NCBI GenBank assembly: GCA_964016885.1
Contig: OZ024765.1
Span: forward strand, 7,192,001 to 7,256,000
Source of the DNA: Eledone cirrhosa
Taxonomy: Eukaryota
Length of the DNA stretch: 64,000 nt
Direction: 5' to 3'
Shown: positions 61,825-64,000 of the stretch, in pieces
Position numbering within the stretch: position 1 is the first letter of the stretch
Layout of the letters: each line of letters starts with the position of its first letter
Notes under the pieces: generated by a model
Seen by the model: only the letters and a program-made list of their open reading frames with translations
Database searches by the model: none
Told to the model about the DNA's origin: nothing
Translations under genes and position numbers: made by a program

Positions 61825-62602
61825 GATAGAGAGAGAGAGAGAGAGAGTGGAGAGAGAGAGAGTGGAAAGAGAGAGAGTGGAAAGAGAGAGAGAGGGAGTG
61901 GAGATAGAGAGAGAGAGTGGAGATAGAGAGAGAGAGTGGAGATAGAGAGAGAGAGTGGAGATAGAGAGAGAGAGTGGAGAGAGAGTGGAGAGAGAGAGAG
62001 AGAGAGAGAGAGTGGAGAGAGAGAGAGAGTGGAGAGAGAGAGAGAGAGAGAGTGGAGAGAGAGAGAGTGAGAGAGAGGAGAGAGAGAGAGAGGGGAGAGA
62101 GAGAGAGAGAGGAGAGAGAGAGAGTGGAGAGAGTGGAGAGGGGGGGGGGGGGGTATTAACAGCAGTTATGTGGTGGGTCAAGTTAACCTTTCAGCTCACC
62201 TAGGGTTTTGTAGGTGTCAACATCTGGAAAGAGTGTTGTAACAACTGAAGACTTCCTGCCATTAGGTTTTGGTCCTCCTGCAGCAGGTGAGGTGGTCGGT
62301 ACCTGTTGAGTGTTAGTCTGACTGGCACTACCAGCACCACCAATGCTGCCATTAGAGCTACCACTGCCATCGTCTCCGCTCTTCCCTGCAGCCTGGTAAG
62401 CAACAGCCTTCTGCTTGGCTTCCTCGAACACTTGTTTGAAGTTGTTGGCAATGTCAGATGTCTTGAATCGGATCGACAGATGTTGTAGCTGCGCTCCGCC
62501 GCCATCAGACGAGTCGAATGCACACCACACCCAGACACAACCTTTGCTGTTAACTTTTGGTTTCAAGGCAAGATCTGCAGTGATGTAATGATTACAGCAA
62601 AC
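46420..62602 (-). CDS. RANBP2: E3 SUMO-protein ligase RanBP2/Nup358, 3' part (12 coding exons; gene continues beyond window end)
   Basis: Exons join in frame (1956 nt, 651 aa + TAG). They encode a RanBD C-half (VCCNHYIT...WVWCAFD...LSIRFKT), an IR motif (DVIFVKQVVATTEQVLKARKLMLPDNFYLY), a full RanBD (DIHFEPVIELP...SGEEDE...RSKLYRFD...WKEKGIGNIKIL...RREQVLKVACNH...EQFAVRFKT) and a further RanBD-like domain. Confidence 0.95.
47368..47503 (-). CDS. RANBP2: RanBP2 exon (divergent RanBD-like)
   Basis: CSTKHKHSGTWSTIDGASGENGQRTFRVDFSSAAAYTEFKDIFQQ; ttgtag| and |gtgaca. Confidence 0.87.
48075..48202 (-). CDS. RANBP2: RanBP2 exon (divergent RanBD-like)
   Basis: LLGLGTLQVLSDSTFSGLRVLMTDSSDKQLCNHIITRQTNFT; ttccag| and |gtgagt. 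Confidence 0.88.
48592..48794 (-). CDS. RANBP2: RanBP2 exon
   Basis: GSVGSDVHG...EQDVRFEKRATLHYKVEKDWS; aattag| and |gtaagt. Confidence 0.88.
50188..52637. repeat. 74/78-bp minisatellite, ~33 copies, containing the RanBP2 splice donor
   Basis: Unit gggcagtgtgtggtatagaatgtaagggccttacctgtagaactggacagaaatgggggacagacagacagact. Confidence 0.95.
52630..52711 (-). CDS. RANBP2: RanBP2 exon (RanBD C-terminal helix)
   Basis: TIELATNFHKCFTECQEKLQQAESIST; ttccag| and |gtaagc. Confidence 0.93.
52785..53420. repeat. CA-rich repeat (cagcccagaaatacatcaacaccacacc)
   Basis: Direct reading. Confidence 0.85.
53428..53606 (-). CDS. RANBP2: RanBP2 exon (RanBD)
   Basis: RFRILFRREQVLKVACNHLLTTNL...AWCWVARDYTDDKEGTVEQFAVRFK. 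Confidence 0.95.
54914..55036 (-). CDS. RANBP2: RanBP2 exon (RanBD)
   Basis: GEEDESPLFVQRSKLYRFDKTLNCWKEKGIGNIKILSHNGS. Confidence 0.95.
55667..55834 (-). CDS. RANBP2: RanBP2 exon
   Basis: DKSKPFSWQGAGQKLF...DIHFEPVIELPALIDQRS; tttcag| and |gtgagt. Confidence 0.93.
55890..56660 (+). mobile_element. Degraded RTE-type LINE 3' end with an internal ~123-bp x4 tandem duplication (relative at 41430-41850)
   Basis: Remnants of IERSQL.YYGHVVRM...RPRSRPRARWLD; repeated unit gagatcagagtcactccaggtagagc. Confidence 0.7.
57315..57521. repeat. ~45-bp x4 repeat containing splice-donor copies
   Basis: Unit cttgtgtacctgtaactatgtcttacctgtctgaaaggtaagtgt. Confidence 0.85.
57522..57599 (-). CDS. RANBP2: RanBP2 exon
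   Basis: NEYSGTLFSTLAAQADTQQTPAFQK; tttcag| and |gtaaga. Confidence 0.85.
58740..58919 (-). CDS. RANBP2: RanBP2 exon (Thr-rich linker)
   Basis: AKLASTVSEGQKTLFSASTTT...PFSRLMN; ctctag| and |gtaagt; symmetrical phase 1. Confidence 0.82.
61048..61266 (-). CDS. RANBP2: RanBP2 exon (IR / SUMO E3 region)
   Basis: DSDGVDTKDDSSGDDVIFVKQVV...LPDNFYLYETKPPCPGCRGCDPED...TYA; atccag| and |gtgagt. Confidence 0.92.
61282..62155. repeat. GA-rich microsatellite filling almost an entire RanBP2 intron
   Basis: Direct reading. Confidence 0.95.
62200..62602 (-). CDS. RANBP2: RanBP2 exon (RanBD C-terminal half + linker)
   Basis: VCCNHYITADLALKPKVNSKGCVWVWCAFD...YKTL; ttacag| and |gtgagc. Confidence 0.93.
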
Positions 62603-62632
62603 CTGTAAATAACAACGTCAAAATATTAGTTA

Positions 62633-63032
62633 CTAGCAGATGTACCCGGCGTTGCTCGGGAAATGAATGACAGCCTGAATTGTTCAAGGTCGTTTATGGC
62701 TTAGCTAGCAATTTCTGAGTGCATGTCAGCTAGCCAATTAGAAGTCGCCTCAATAGCAACGTGCCAAATCGGCCTAGTACTTCAAAAGTTAAAAAGAGCC
62801 TAGTATTTGTACACAGACAGATACACACACAAAATTGATTTTTCAGCCCCAATATCGATTTTTTTTTAAATTTATTTTTGGTCCAAAACCTGCTCTGGCA
62901 TATAAGCAACATGTGTGCCAAATTTGGTTGAAATCGGCCTAGTACTTCAAAAGTTAAAAGGAGCCTAGTATTTGTACACAGACAGACAAACAGACACACA
63001 CACACACACCAACTTGCTTTTATATATATAGA
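62633..63032 (-). mobile_element. Non-autonomous Helitron-like element
   Basis: Minus strand A|TCTATATATATAAAAG...cccg agcaacgc cggg tacatctg CTAG|T; internal direct repeat 62759-62830 / 62915-62990. Confidence 0.8.
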
Positions 63033-63492
63033 TTACCCAGTACCAGTGGAGAGATGCTGTGCTGAGAAGGAAGGACCTGTCCAACCCATGCAAATGTGGA
63101 AAAAACAATGGTAAAAAACCATGACGATGATATAGGTACCAATGTCAAAATAATAGTTACAGAATTTTTTCCATACGCTGATGCGTATGTATATATGCTT
63201 ACATTTATATGTATGAATATATAAATAAAAATGTGCAAACACAGACGCGTTTCCCCTACCTTCCCTTTGCACACACACATACATTCACACAAGCACAGAC
63301 GTAAAGAGAGGGGAGCAGTATGAGGCAGTCAAATTACTACTCTCTCTTTACGTGTTGTGACAGAATCGCAGAAATTTATATATAGAAGGACTAACTTCTT
63401 GATTATCAAATTGATATTTGGAACATTACTTAACAAAGAGTTCTTACATAAAACCATGATAAAATGTTTTAATATAAAGAAGATTACTTTAA

Positions 63493-64000
63493 AACCACAC
63501 CAGAGACTACAGCTACTACTACACCTATCACCACCACTACTACTACTACAACCACCAAAACTATCACTACAACCACCACCACTACCACTACCAAAACTGT
63601 CACTACTAGCACCTCCACTACCACCAAAACTATAACCACAACCACCACCACTACCACTACTACTACTACAACCACCACCACTACCAAAACAATCACTACT
63701 ACCACCTCCACTACCACCAAAACTATAACTACAACTACCACCACTACCACTACTACAACCACCAAAACTATCACTACTAGCACCTCCACTACCACCAAAA
63801 CTATAACTACGACCACCACCACTACCACTACAACCACCAAAACTACCAAAACTATCATTACTAGCACCTCCACTACCACCAAAACTATAACTACAACCAC
63901 CACCAAAACTATCACTACTAGCACCTCCACTACCACCAAAACTATAACCACAACCACCACCACTACCACTACTACTACTACAACCACCACCACTACCAAA
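63493..64000. repeat. ACC/ACT-rich repeat beginning with an inverted copy of RanBP2 exon sequence
   Basis: Units accaccaaaactat(c/a)act... Confidence 0.85.

Overview
This is AT-rich, microsatellite-dense eukaryotic DNA; the SINE, RTE and (TA)n repertoire suggests an octopod cephalopod (inference). Two spliced genes lie on the minus strand, both reconstructed by hand with GT-AG boundaries and consistent phases. One is the 3' part of RanBP2/Nup358: 12 coding exons, 62602->46420, 651 aa visible, comprising a RanBD, an IR-type SUMO E3 motif, a second RanBD and an extra divergent RanBD-like domain, with no cyclophilin domain. The other is a complete FAM122A/PABIR PP2A-B55 inhibitor: 9 coding exons, 30922->9920, 322 aa. 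Introns and intergenic DNA hold RTE and CR1 LINE fragments, tRNA-derived SINEs, mariner, piggyBac and Tigger-like MITEs, two non-autonomous Helitrons and many satellites. Three things stand out. (1) Several unrelated (TA)n-embedded fold-back elements carry type I hammerhead ribozymes, including a 591-nt tandem retrozyme/Penelope-like unit with a compensatory U3-A8 core and an intact ribozyme in the FAM122A pre-mRNA sense. (2) Tandem arrays are seeded on real splice sites, notably ~33 copies of a 74-nt GTAAG...CAG mini-intron in RanBP2. (3) An intron carries an inverted copy of part of a RanBP2 exon. Most ORF-track entries are microsatellite artefacts. Repeat coordinates are approximate.
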